A stretch of DNA of 32,000 bases from Nostoc punctiforme PCC 73102. Its GTDB lineage: Bacteria; Cyanobacteriota; Cyanobacteriia; Cyanobacteriales; Nostocaceae. The notes beneath the pieces are model-generated. The model was given only the letters and a program-made list of their open reading frames with translations. It did no database searches and had not been told where the DNA came from. Positions within the stretch are counted from its first letter, which is position 1. Every line of letters starts with the position of its first letter. Location of the stretch: NCBI RefSeq assembly GCF_000020025.1, contig NC_010628.1:7980001-8012000 (forward strand), read 5' to 3'. A program made the position numbers and the translations under genes. Shown piece by piece: positions 17,689 to 25,384 of the stretch.

Positions 17689-17991
17689 CTAGGTTTGTCT
17701 GCTTGTATTGATTAATGCTGCTGTGAAACCAGGGTCAGCAGTATTGACTTTAACCGGGGTATCTTTAAGTTCAGCAGCCAATAGAACTGCGATCGCATTC
17801 ACTGCTGTCTTGGATGAGTTATAGGCAAGAAGCTTAAAATTAGCGAACTCATAATTTTGATCGGAGTTCTGAGCTAGAGAACCTAAACCAATTGATAAAT
17901 TTACTATTCGCCCTGCTGTTGACTTCTTCAAAAGTGGCAGCAGGGCTTTTATAACTGCAAACACTCCAAATACATTGGTTTTAACTGACAA
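17689..17991 (-). pseudogene. 3' fragment of a short-chain dehydrogenase/reductase gene (N-terminal Rossmann half missing)
   Basis: The 100 aa contain the SDR catalytic YxxxK (AYNSSKTAV) and the C-terminal PG motif (ADPGF). There is no TGxxxGxG region. The apparent start is TTG, with TAG and TAA stops immediately upstream. Confidence 0.7.
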
Positions 17992-18185
17992 CTTTTACTA
18001 TCTTTAAGCAAGTTTAGTGTATATGTAGTGTGTCTCAATACAGCATTTAGGATTTAGTAATCCTACAGAAGTAGTGATTGGCTGTCGTGTATCTACTAGT
18101 AGTGATTCACACCGCAGATAGCGGTTGAGAAAATATTTGCAGCTTACACTAGCAATTGACTCAAAAATCATTGAATCAGATAGAT

Positions 18186-19142
18186 ATGCAAACTAAACAA
18201 CTTGGCAATTCGGAGCTTCACATTACCCCAATTGGCTTTGGTGCTTGGGCGATTGGTGGAGGTGGCTGGGCTTTTGGTTGGGGAGCGCAGGACGATCGAG
18301 AATCGATTGAAGCGATCGCTCGCGCTCTCGATCTCGGTGTTAATTGGATTGACACCGCAGCTATCTATGGGCTGGGACATTCTGAGGAGGTTGTTGCTAA
18401 AGCGCTCAAAGGTCGATCTAGTCGCCCCTACATTTTTACTAAATGCTCAATGATTTGGGATGAAAAGGGCGAAATTGGTCGCAGCCTGAAGGCGGATTCT
18501 GTACGGCGCGAAGTTGAAGCTAGTTTGCGCCGACTGGATATTGAAACCATTGACCTCTATCAAATCCACTGGCCTAACCCTGCTACAGAAATTAAAGAAG
18601 GCTGGACGACTCTTGCCAAGCTTAAAGATGAAGGGAAGGTTCGCTATATCGGGGTTTCAAATTTCAATGTCGAACAGTTGAAACGTATCCAGGAAATTGC
18701 ACCAGTTACCTCATTGCAACCGCCTTATTCATTGGTTAAGCGCGATGTCGAAAACGAGATTCTGCCTTTTTGTCAGGAAAATAACATCGGTGTGATTGTT
18801 TATTCACCTATGCAATCTGGCTTGCTTACAGGAAAGATGACATCTGAGCGGGTTGCCAATTTACCAGATGATGATTGGCGTAAGAAGAGTGATGAGTTTC
18901 AGGAGCCACGTCTATCTCGTAACCTGAAGTTAGTCGAGGTGTTGCAGGACATTGGTAAGGAACACGATCGCTCCGCCGGAGAGGTAGCGATCGCTTGGAC
19001 TTTAAACAATCCGGCGGTGACGGCTGCGATCGTTGGCGCACGCAATCCCAAGCAGGTAGAAGGAATCATCGCTGCTGGGGAATTTCGCCTTAATCAGCAG
19101 GAGCTAGATCAAATTGCTGCTTTCCTGCGCGAGAATCCATAA
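18186..19142 (+). CDS. aldo/keto reductase
   Basis: AKR pattern (GFGAWAIGG, IDTAAIYGLGHSEE, DLYQIHWP, YIGVSNF, VIVYSPMQSGLLTGK). The track start at 18156 is TTG. The ATG at 18186 (MQTKQLGNSEL) is preferred. Confidence 0.85.
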   Translation: MQTKQLGNSELHITPIGFGAWAIGGGGWAFGWGAQDDRESIEAIARALDLGVNWIDTAAIYGLGHSEEVVAKALKGRSSRPYIFTKCSMIWDEKGEIGRSLKADSVRREVEASLRRLDIETIDLYQIHWPNPATEIKEGWTTLAKLKDEGKVRYIGVSNFNVEQLKRIQEIAPVTSLQPPYSLVKRDVENEILPFCQENNIGVIVYSPMQSGLLTGKMTSERVANLPDDDWRKKSDEFQEPRLSRNLKLVEVLQDIGKEHDRSAGEVAIAWTLNNPAVTAAIVGARNPKQVEGIIAAGEFRLNQQELDQIAAFLRENP

Positions 19143-20298
19143 AAGAAGGCTTGCGTAAACTTTGAATAGTAGCGATCGCATGTTTGGCGACAATATCAAT
19201 TTCCTCTTGGGTATTAAACCGTCCAATGCCAAACCGCACTGAGGCATAAGCTAGCTGTTGGGGGTTTCCCAGTGCTGTCAGAACACTAGAGGGTGAAGTA
19301 TTTGCCGAGGAGCAAGCAGATCCCGAAGAAACCGACATTACTGGCTGCAATCCTAGCAAAAGTGCGGCTCCATCCACCCCCTCAACACTGATATTCAAGT
19401 TTCCCGCCAATCGCTGTTGAGGGTGTCCGTTAAGATGAATTCCTTCAAGTTGGGAAAGCTGTTTCCACAAGCTTTGTCTTAACTGGGTGAGGCGTTGGTT
19501 TTCTGTTGCTTGTTCTGCCAAAGCGATTTCTACAGCTTTCCCAAAGCCGACAATTTGCGGTGTATACAATGTCCCAGAACGCATCCCCCGTTCATGTCCG
19601 CCGCCGTGTTGCTGAGGAGCCAGTTGCACTCTGGGATCGCGCCTGCGGACGTACAGCGCCCCAATGCCCTTTGGCCCAAATACTTTGTGTGCTGTTAGCG
19701 ACATCAAATCAATTTTCATCGCTTGCACATCCAGGGGAGTTTTACCAATAGCTTGGGCTGCATCGGTGTGGAAAATGATGTTGTAAGCATGGCATAGTTC
19801 CCCAATTTCTGCTAAAGGCTGTAAAACGCCAATTTCATTATTTGCAGCCATCACCGAAACCAAAATTGTCTCAGGACGGAAAGCTTTGTTTAACTCAGTT
19901 AAATCAATCAGCCCATCTTTTTTAACTGGGAGAATAGTGATTTCAAAACCGAGAGTTTTTAAATAATTACAAGGGTCAAGAACTGCATTATGTTCAGTTG
20001 CAACAGTAATAATATGCTGACCTTTTTTAAAATAAGCTTCGGCAACACCTTTAATAGCTAAATTATTAGCTTCTGTTGCACCACTTGTAAAAACAATTTC
20101 TTCGGGAGTGGCATTAATTGCTGCTGCTAAAATCTCTCGTGTTTGTTTGACAGCAGCTTCTGATTCCCAACCATAAACATGACCAATACTAGATGCGTTG
20201 CCAAACTTTTCTGTGAAGTAAGGGATCATTGCCGCTAATACCCGTTCATCTACGGGTGTAGTAGCGTGGCAATCAAGGTATATAGGGCGAATAGACAT
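19090..20298 (-). CDS. cysteine desulfurase, class I (IscS/NifS-like, PLP-dependent)
   Basis: PLP-lysine context SLTAHKVFGPKGIGAL, active-site loop SSGSACSS, N-terminal IYLDCHATTP. Confidence 0.85.
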   Translation of the reverse strand: MSIRPIYLDCHATTPVDERVLAAMIPYFTEKFGNASSIGHVYGWESEAAVKQTREILAAAINATPEEIVFTSGATEANNLAIKGVAEAYFKKGQHIITVATEHNAVLDPCNYLKTLGFEITILPVKKDGLIDLTELNKAFRPETILVSVMAANNEIGVLQPLAEIGELCHAYNIIFHTDAAQAIGKTPLDVQAMKIDLMSLTAHKVFGPKGIGALYVRRRDPRVQLAPQQHGGGHERGMRSGTLYTPQIVGFGKAVEIALAEQATENQRLTQLRQSLWKQLSQLEGIHLNGHPQQRLAGNLNISVEGVDGAALLLGLQPVMSVSSGSACSSANTSPSSVLTALGNPQQLAYASVRFGIGRFNTQEEIDIVAKHAIATIQSLRKPSFMDSRAGKQQFDLAPAD

Positions 20299-20303
20299 AA
20301 TTA

Positions 20304-20930
20304 TTAACTCAAACTTTGACTCAAATTTTTTAATACGCTTAGAACCTGATACAGTTCACTTTTCCGTTTCAAAAGTGTAAATTCATCAGACAACGCATAC
20401 TTTGGTATATTTTGTTTAGTCAGTTTTATAAAAATGAAATGACTACCATTTGTTACTAATCCAAAAGTAGGTTTGTCTTGATTAAGATTAGCCAACATAT
20501 AAACAAGTGCTTGAGGTACGGCTTCTAAAAGAGAAAAGCTAGACCTTTTAGATTCAATTACTAACAACCAGAATTGTTCTTGAATAACTAAAACATCAAT
20601 TTTACCTGTAATGATTTCTCCTTCATCTTCCGCAGAAATTCTTATTGATTCCTCGCCTCTCATATAAAAAGGCTCATCATAAAATCCAGCTAAATTGAGT
20701 AAAGGAGATAAAACTACTAATTTTACCGTTTCTTCTGACAAAGGAGGACGCTTGACTAAGCGGAGAAAATGAAGTTTTATTCTGTCTAAATCTTGCTTTT
20801 CTAAATCTGTAATTTCCGGTAAATTTTCAAACCATTCCGTGAAGAATACCTCATCTTCGGCTAGCTGTAAACTAAATTTTTCCTCCAAATAGGCAAGCCC
20901 AACATTTTGTGCTTGGATAAATTGAACCAT
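20304..20930 (-). CDS. PD-(D/E)xK (HsdR-N-terminal-like) restriction-endonuclease-fold protein, function unknown
   Basis: Motif string E..(20 aa)..GKIDVLVI..(8 aa)..LLVIESKRS...QALVYM...GLVTNG fits a D-x(n)-ExK nuclease core followed by QxxxY. Its stop lies 5 nt before the cysteine desulfurase ATG. Confidence 0.55.
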   Translation of the reverse strand: MVQFIQAQNVGLAYLEEKFSLQLAEDEVFFTEWFENLPEITDLEKQDLDRIKLHFLRLVKRPPLSEETVKLVVLSPLLNLAGFYDEPFYMRGEESIRISAEDEGEIITGKIDVLVIQEQFWLLVIESKRSSFSLLEAVPQALVYMLANLNQDKPTFGLVTNGSHFIFIKLTKQNIPKYALSDEFTLLKRKSELYQVLSVLKNLSQSLS

Positions 20931-21131
20931 AATTTATGCAACTCTATATACTATCTAACTAAACAAAACCTAGTCCTGTTGGGCATAACGTTAACAATTC
21001 TTGTTCTGAGTAGACTCTTTGACTTGAATCATAGACAACACAAGACCATTTTTTGGCAAACTTACACGCAAATAGCCATAGTTGCTCACTTATTGAAGTT
21101 TTGCTGACATTTGTATGACTCACTGAGAATT

Positions 21132-21611
21132 TTACGTGGCTGCTAATTCCTGTAATTTAGTTAAAACTGCCTGAGCATGACCTTTGGCTTTTACGTTCGG
21201 CCAAGTATAGGCAATAATTTTATCAGGTGAAATGAGAAAAGTTGAACGAGCAACACCCATATATTCTTTTCCCATAAATTTTTTTAAGCGCCAAGCACCG
21301 TAGGCTTCTGTCAAAATATGTTCTGGGTCACTCAAGAGGGTGATTGACAAGTTATGTTTGCTGATAAATTTACAATGGGACTTACCCAAATCTGGACTCA
21401 CGCCTAAGATTTTCGCTCCCAGTGCGCTGAAGTCTTGATACAACTCGGTGAAATCTTTCGCTTCGGTGGTACAACCGGGTGTGTCATCTTTGGGGTAGAA
21501 GTAGAGGATAACCCACTGACTGCTGAAGTCGTCAAGAGTGACTGAATTGCCATTTTGGTCAGGAGTAGAGAAATCTGGCGCTGGTTGTCCGATTTGGGGA
21601 ATGTTGGTCAT
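21132..21611 (-). CDS. bcp: thioredoxin-dependent peroxiredoxin (BCP/PrxQ)
   Basis: Motif FYPKDDTPGCTTEA with the peroxidatic Cys, and BCP-like length. The track start at 21632 is TTG. The ATG at 21611 (MTNIPQIGQPAPDF) is preferred. Confidence 0.85.
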   Translation of the reverse strand: MTNIPQIGQPAPDFSTPDQNGNSVTLDDFSSQWVILYFYPKDDTPGCTTEAKDFTELYQDFSALGAKILGVSPDLGKSHCKFISKHNLSITLLSDPEHILTEAYGAWRLKKFMGKEYMGVARSTFLISPDKIIAYTWPNVKAKGHAQAVLTKLQELAAT

Positions 21612-21743
21612 GATGGGTGTGAGAGATTGCAATCGTTTTAGAATTGTACATAAGTTGAGCGATCGTTATTATTTATCAGTGTCACGAATTTATCAACATA
21701 ATTCTGATTTACCTAAAGTTCGGACTGTTTTCTTGCTTCTAAA

Positions 21744-23582
21744 TTAATGTATTCGCCAAACCTTAATCGTAGTATCTTTACCTCCACTGACCAAAATCTG
21801 CCCATCTGGACTAAATACAAGTGCATTCACACCATCTAAATGACCATTGACAGTGTAAGCTTCTTGCCCATTGCTTAAATTCCAAACTTTAATTTTTTCG
21901 TCATCACTGCCACTTACAATTTTCTGACTATCTGGACTGATTGCCACAGAGTTGACAACATCTGAATGTCCATCAAGAGTATAAATTTTCTCTCCAGTAT
22001 TTAGATTCCATACAATAATTCTTCTATCGACACTAGCGCTTACTAAGATTTGACTATTTAAGCCAATGGCAATACTGGTAACAGGTTTTAAATGCCCAGT
22101 TAAAGTTGATTTTGGCCAAATTTTGATTGTTGTATCCCAGCTACTACTAGCTACAGTAGATCCATCCTGGCTAATTGCTACTGAACTAACTCTATATGCA
22201 TGTGTGGCTAAAGTTTTAATACACTCTCCTGTTTTCAGATTCCATAGCCTTACTCTTGAGTCAGAACTACCACTAACTATCATTTGCTGATCTGGGCTAA
22301 TTGCTATAGACAGGACAGTTCCTGAATTCGCTTTGATAGTGCTAATTTCCTCACCAGTCTTCAAATTCCAAATCTTAATTGTATCGTCATCACTACCACT
22401 AGCCAAAGTTTGACTATCGGGACTAATCGCTACAGAATTAATTTGTTTTGAATGTCCAGTAAGGGTAAGGATTTCATTGCTATTGTTTAGATTCCATACT
22501 TTGATTATATTGTCCTCGCTACCACTAACCAAAGTCTGCCCATCTGGACTAATTGCTAAAGCCAAAACAGCTTTTGAATGTCCAGAGTTCCAGCTACCAA
22601 GAGTGCGTTCTAAAGAAATTATTTGTGCCTTGACTGTAGATGGTGGTTTACACGGTTTTGATTTAGTTAATTTTGTGGGATATAAAGCCTCACTAATTTC
22701 TGCCAAACTTTCTAAAATTACCTGGATATTGGCAGGTCGATCTTTTACTGGTCGCATCATCAGATGATCAATAAAATCTGCTAACAAAGGAGATATATGA
22801 TTAGTCTCAACACGCCAGTTTAGACCAGCAGTATATGGATCGCCATAGGGGTCATCCATTAGTTCAAGAGGATACTTTCCTGTCAGCAAATGCACAAAAG
22901 TACGACCCAAGGCAAAGAAATCAGACTGCGGAACAGCATGACCATTGATTTGCTCTAATGGAGCATAGCCATCAGAAACAAATTTTGTGATTTGGCCTGC
23001 TACTTGTTTTTTCTCGTAAGTTCCGGTAATTTCCCGCGCGATACCAAAGTCGATTAATACCAATTGTCCATCGGCAGTTAGCATAATGTTTGAAGGCTTA
23101 ATATCCCGATGGAAAAACTGCTGCTGATGTACTTCGTGTAAAATATTTGCTAACTGTGTTAACCAAAGGACTGCTTGCTTTTGACTGATTGGACGATTGT
23201 CACGTTTTTCTAACCATTCGTGTAAATTTTCTCCATCAATTTTATCCATTACCAAACAGTGAACTGGCTCTTGGCTATTTTGAGGAAAAAACTTGAAATA
23301 TTCCTCAGCATTAGGAATTCCTCGATGATTTAGTCGCTTTAAAACTTCAGCTTCTTGCTGAAAAAGTGATACTGCTTTAGTTTGATTTAGTATAAGAACC
23401 TTCAAAATTTTTAGTTTTCCTCTGTCACTTACCTCAAATGTTTTAGCAAAGCCACCTTGGCCTATAGGTCGTGTTACTCGATAACACCCTTCTAGTAGCA
23501 ATTCAGAGCCACAGCTTTGACAGCGCAGTAGATTATCAGGGTTGTCAGTATTTTGGCAGTTAGGATTGATGCACAGGCTCAT
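21744..23582 (-). CDS. Ser/Thr protein kinase with N-terminal zinc ribbon and seven C-terminal WD40 repeats
   Basis: CINPNCQ..CQSCGS zinc ribbon; kinase motifs (GQGGFAKTF, HRDIKPSN, DFGIA, GYAPLEQ); seven repeats of the type GHS..V.SVAISPD.Q.LVSGS.D..IKVWNL. Confidence 0.85.
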   Translation of the reverse strand: MSLCINPNCQNTDNPDNLLRCQSCGSELLLEGCYRVTRPIGQGGFAKTFEVSDRGKLKILKVLILNQTKAVSLFQQEAEVLKRLNHRGIPNAEEYFKFFPQNSQEPVHCLVMDKIDGENLHEWLEKRDNRPISQKQAVLWLTQLANILHEVHQQQFFHRDIKPSNIMLTADGQLVLIDFGIAREITGTYEKKQVAGQITKFVSDGYAPLEQINGHAVPQSDFFALGRTFVHLLTGKYPLELMDDPYGDPYTAGLNWRVETNHISPLLADFIDHLMMRPVKDRPANIQVILESLAEISEALYPTKLTKSKPCKPPSTVKAQIISLERTLGSWNSGHSKAVLALAISPDGQTLVSGSEDNIIKVWNLNNSNEILTLTGHSKQINSVAISPDSQTLASGSDDDTIKIWNLKTGEEISTIKANSGTVLSIAISPDQQMIVSGSSDSRVRLWNLKTGECIKTLATHAYRVSSVAISQDGSTVASSSWDTTIKIWPKSTLTGHLKPVTSIAIGLNSQILVSASVDRRIIVWNLNTGEKIYTLDGHSDVVNSVAISPDSQKIVSGSDDEKIKVWNLSNGQEAYTVNGHLDGVNALVFSPDGQILVSGGKDTTIKVWRIH

Positions 23583-23813
23583 CGTGTTGAAAAGTGACAG
23601 ATTTATGTGATATTTTAGCTTTACTTACTGATAACCTGAAGAAAATCAGTATCAAAGCGATGCTTGCAGCAAGCTATGCCTACGCACCCATTTATATTTG
23701 CTTATAAAAAGTTCTCTCATAAGGTTGAGAGCGATCGCTCATATTTATCCGCCATAATAATGACTTAACCTACAGGTATTTTTGTTTATTTATTCCCACC
23801 CTTCAAAGTTCAC

Positions 23814-24701
23814 ATGGCTAAAGATATGCAACGCGAATTTACCAACCGCGATGAGTTGGTAGCCTACCTGTGCGAACAATTCCCAGGTGCAGCAGAACGC
23901 GATGACCACATCAGTGAAACAGTGGGGGGACGGAAAGCAGCACAAGACGCGCTGCAAAAAATCGACCCAGTACGTTACGCGCAAACACGTAATTTTTTCA
24001 CAGGTGCGGTGACGCGACTTTCGCCCTATATCCGTTATGGCGTTTTGAGTTTGCGAGAAATTCGAGATTATGTCCTTGACCAGGTACAGCAAAAAAACGA
24101 TGCTACGAAACTAATTAATGAGTTAGGTTGGCGCGACTATTGGCAACGGTTATATGTGAAGTTAGGGGATGAAATCTGGAAAGACCAGGAAGAGTACAAA
24201 ACTGGTTACACTGTGGCTGAATATTTACCCGAATTGCCGCAAGATATCAGACAAGGAACCACAGGTAGGGTTTGCATCGACAGTTTTAGCCATGATTTAA
24301 AAGAAACTGGCTATCTACATAACCACGCACGAATGTGGCTAGCGGCTTACATTGTCCATTGGCGGCGTATTGGTTGGCAAGCAGGAGCCAAGTGGTTTCT
24401 TGAACACCTTTTAGATGGCGATCCTGCTAGCAATAATATGTCATGGCAGTGGGTTGCCAGCACCTTTAGTCAGAAACCGTATTTTTTCAATCGTGAGAAC
24501 TTAGAACGCTACACTGAAGGCGTTTATTGCCAGAAATGTCCGCTTTACGGTCATTGTGATTTTGAAGGCAGCTATGAAGAATTACAACAGCGACTTTTTC
24601 CCAAAGGAGAATTTAGCAAACAAGCCAATAGCCAAAGTTGGCAGCGTGATAAAAAAGGGAAGGGGAGCAGGGGGAGTAGGGAAGGACAAGGAAGAGAATA
24701 A
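23814..24701 (+). CDS. stand-alone photolyase/cryptochrome FAD-binding (C-terminal helical) domain protein with a four-Cys cluster motif
   Basis: GGRKAAQDAL...TRLSPYIRYGVLSLREI, LINELGWRDYW, TGYLHNHARMWLAAY, DGDPASNNMSWQWVAST match the FAD_binding_7-type fold. The Cys at C154, C239-x2-C242 and C248 resemble FeS-BCP ligands. No N-terminal alpha/beta domain is present. Confidence 0.75.
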   Translation: MAKDMQREFTNRDELVAYLCEQFPGAAERDDHISETVGGRKAAQDALQKIDPVRYAQTRNFFTGAVTRLSPYIRYGVLSLREIRDYVLDQVQQKNDATKLINELGWRDYWQRLYVKLGDEIWKDQEEYKTGYTVAEYLPELPQDIRQGTTGRVCIDSFSHDLKETGYLHNHARMWLAAYIVHWRRIGWQAGAKWFLEHLLDGDPASNNMSWQWVASTFSQKPYFFNRENLERYTEGVYCQKCPLYGHCDFEGSYEELQQRLFPKGEFSKQANSQSWQRDKKGKGSRGSREGQGRE

Positions 24702-24708
24702 TAACTCT

Positions 24709-24736
24709 TGACAAATGACAAATAACAAATGACTAA
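24709..24736. repeat. Tandem heptamers TGACAAA TGACAAA TAACAAA TGACTAA spanning the start codon of the next gene
   Basis: Read directly. The ATG at 24729 lies across the last two units. Confidence 0.9.
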
Positions 24737-25145
24737 ACCAATTGTTTGGGTGCATGGAGACTGCCTCAGTCCATACAACCCCGGACTACAAAAATACCCC
24801 GATGCCCCAGCTATCTGGGTTTGGGACGAGGCTTTGATAGATGAATGGCAACTGAGTCTTAAACGTGTCACGTTTATTTACGAATGCTTGCTAGAGTTAC
24901 CCGTTGTTATTCGTCGTGGCGATGTGGCACAAGAAATTTTAGCTTTTGCGAGAGAACATGATGGGAATTTAGTTGTCACAGCCAACAGTCCCAGTCCCCG
25001 GTTTGATGATATCTGCAATCAAATAGAGGGTTTTATAGCAGTGGAAACGCTAGAGGTCGAACCATTTTTTGACTATGATGGCTATATTGACCTGAAGCGG
25101 TTCTCGCGCTATTGGAAAGTGGCTCAAAATTATGTTTTTGAATAG
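24729..25145 (+). CDS. photolyase N-terminal alpha/beta-domain-like protein (138 aa), encoded downstream of its expected partner domain
   Basis: IVWVHGDCLSPYNPGL...AIWVWDE...LKRVTFIYECLLELPVVIRRGDVAQEILAFAREHDGNLVVT follows the pattern of the photolyase alpha/beta domain (vWfrrDLRl.Dn.al ... vfifD ... r..Fl.esL..L ... G....vl..l....). Confidence 0.55.
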   Translation: MTKPIVWVHGDCLSPYNPGLQKYPDAPAIWVWDEALIDEWQLSLKRVTFIYECLLELPVVIRRGDVAQEILAFAREHDGNLVVTANSPSPRFDDICNQIEGFIAVETLEVEPFFDYDGYIDLKRFSRYWKVAQNYVFE

Positions 25146-25235
25146 CCAAATTAGCGATCGCTTTTTCTACCAACAGACGCAAGATTTTGCGATCGCAACT
25201 CCAACTATTAAATTTTCTGACTACCTTCTCGTGCT

Positions 25236-25345
25236 AAATTATTAAGGCTTGGTGTTGGGAAACTCCGGTGAAATTCCGGGACTGTGCCGCAGCTGTGATG
25301 GGATCGCCCAAGTCAGAATGCCAACTCTCAAGATGTCACACTCAC
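25236..25345 (+). promoter_or_regulatory. cobalamin (B12) riboswitch aptamer upstream of cobG
   Basis: GGTGTTGGGAAACTCCGGTGAAATTCCGGGACTGTGCCGCAGCTGTGATGGG...CCCAAGTCAGAATGCC matches the conserved core (GGGAA, GGTGAAAnTCC, GCnGnnCCGCnnCTGT) and the B12 box (AGTCAGnAnnCC). Boundaries are approximate. Confidence 0.8.
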
Positions 25346-25384
25346 CATCTACTCCCTGCGTTGCACGGGGAAGGAGTTCCAAGT

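Noticed and set aside
21744-23582. Ser/Thr kinase-WD40 protein as a novel signalling or defence system
   Set aside because: The Zn-ribbon/kinase/WD40 architecture is widespread in filamentous cyanobacteria. No associated effector genes are adjacent.
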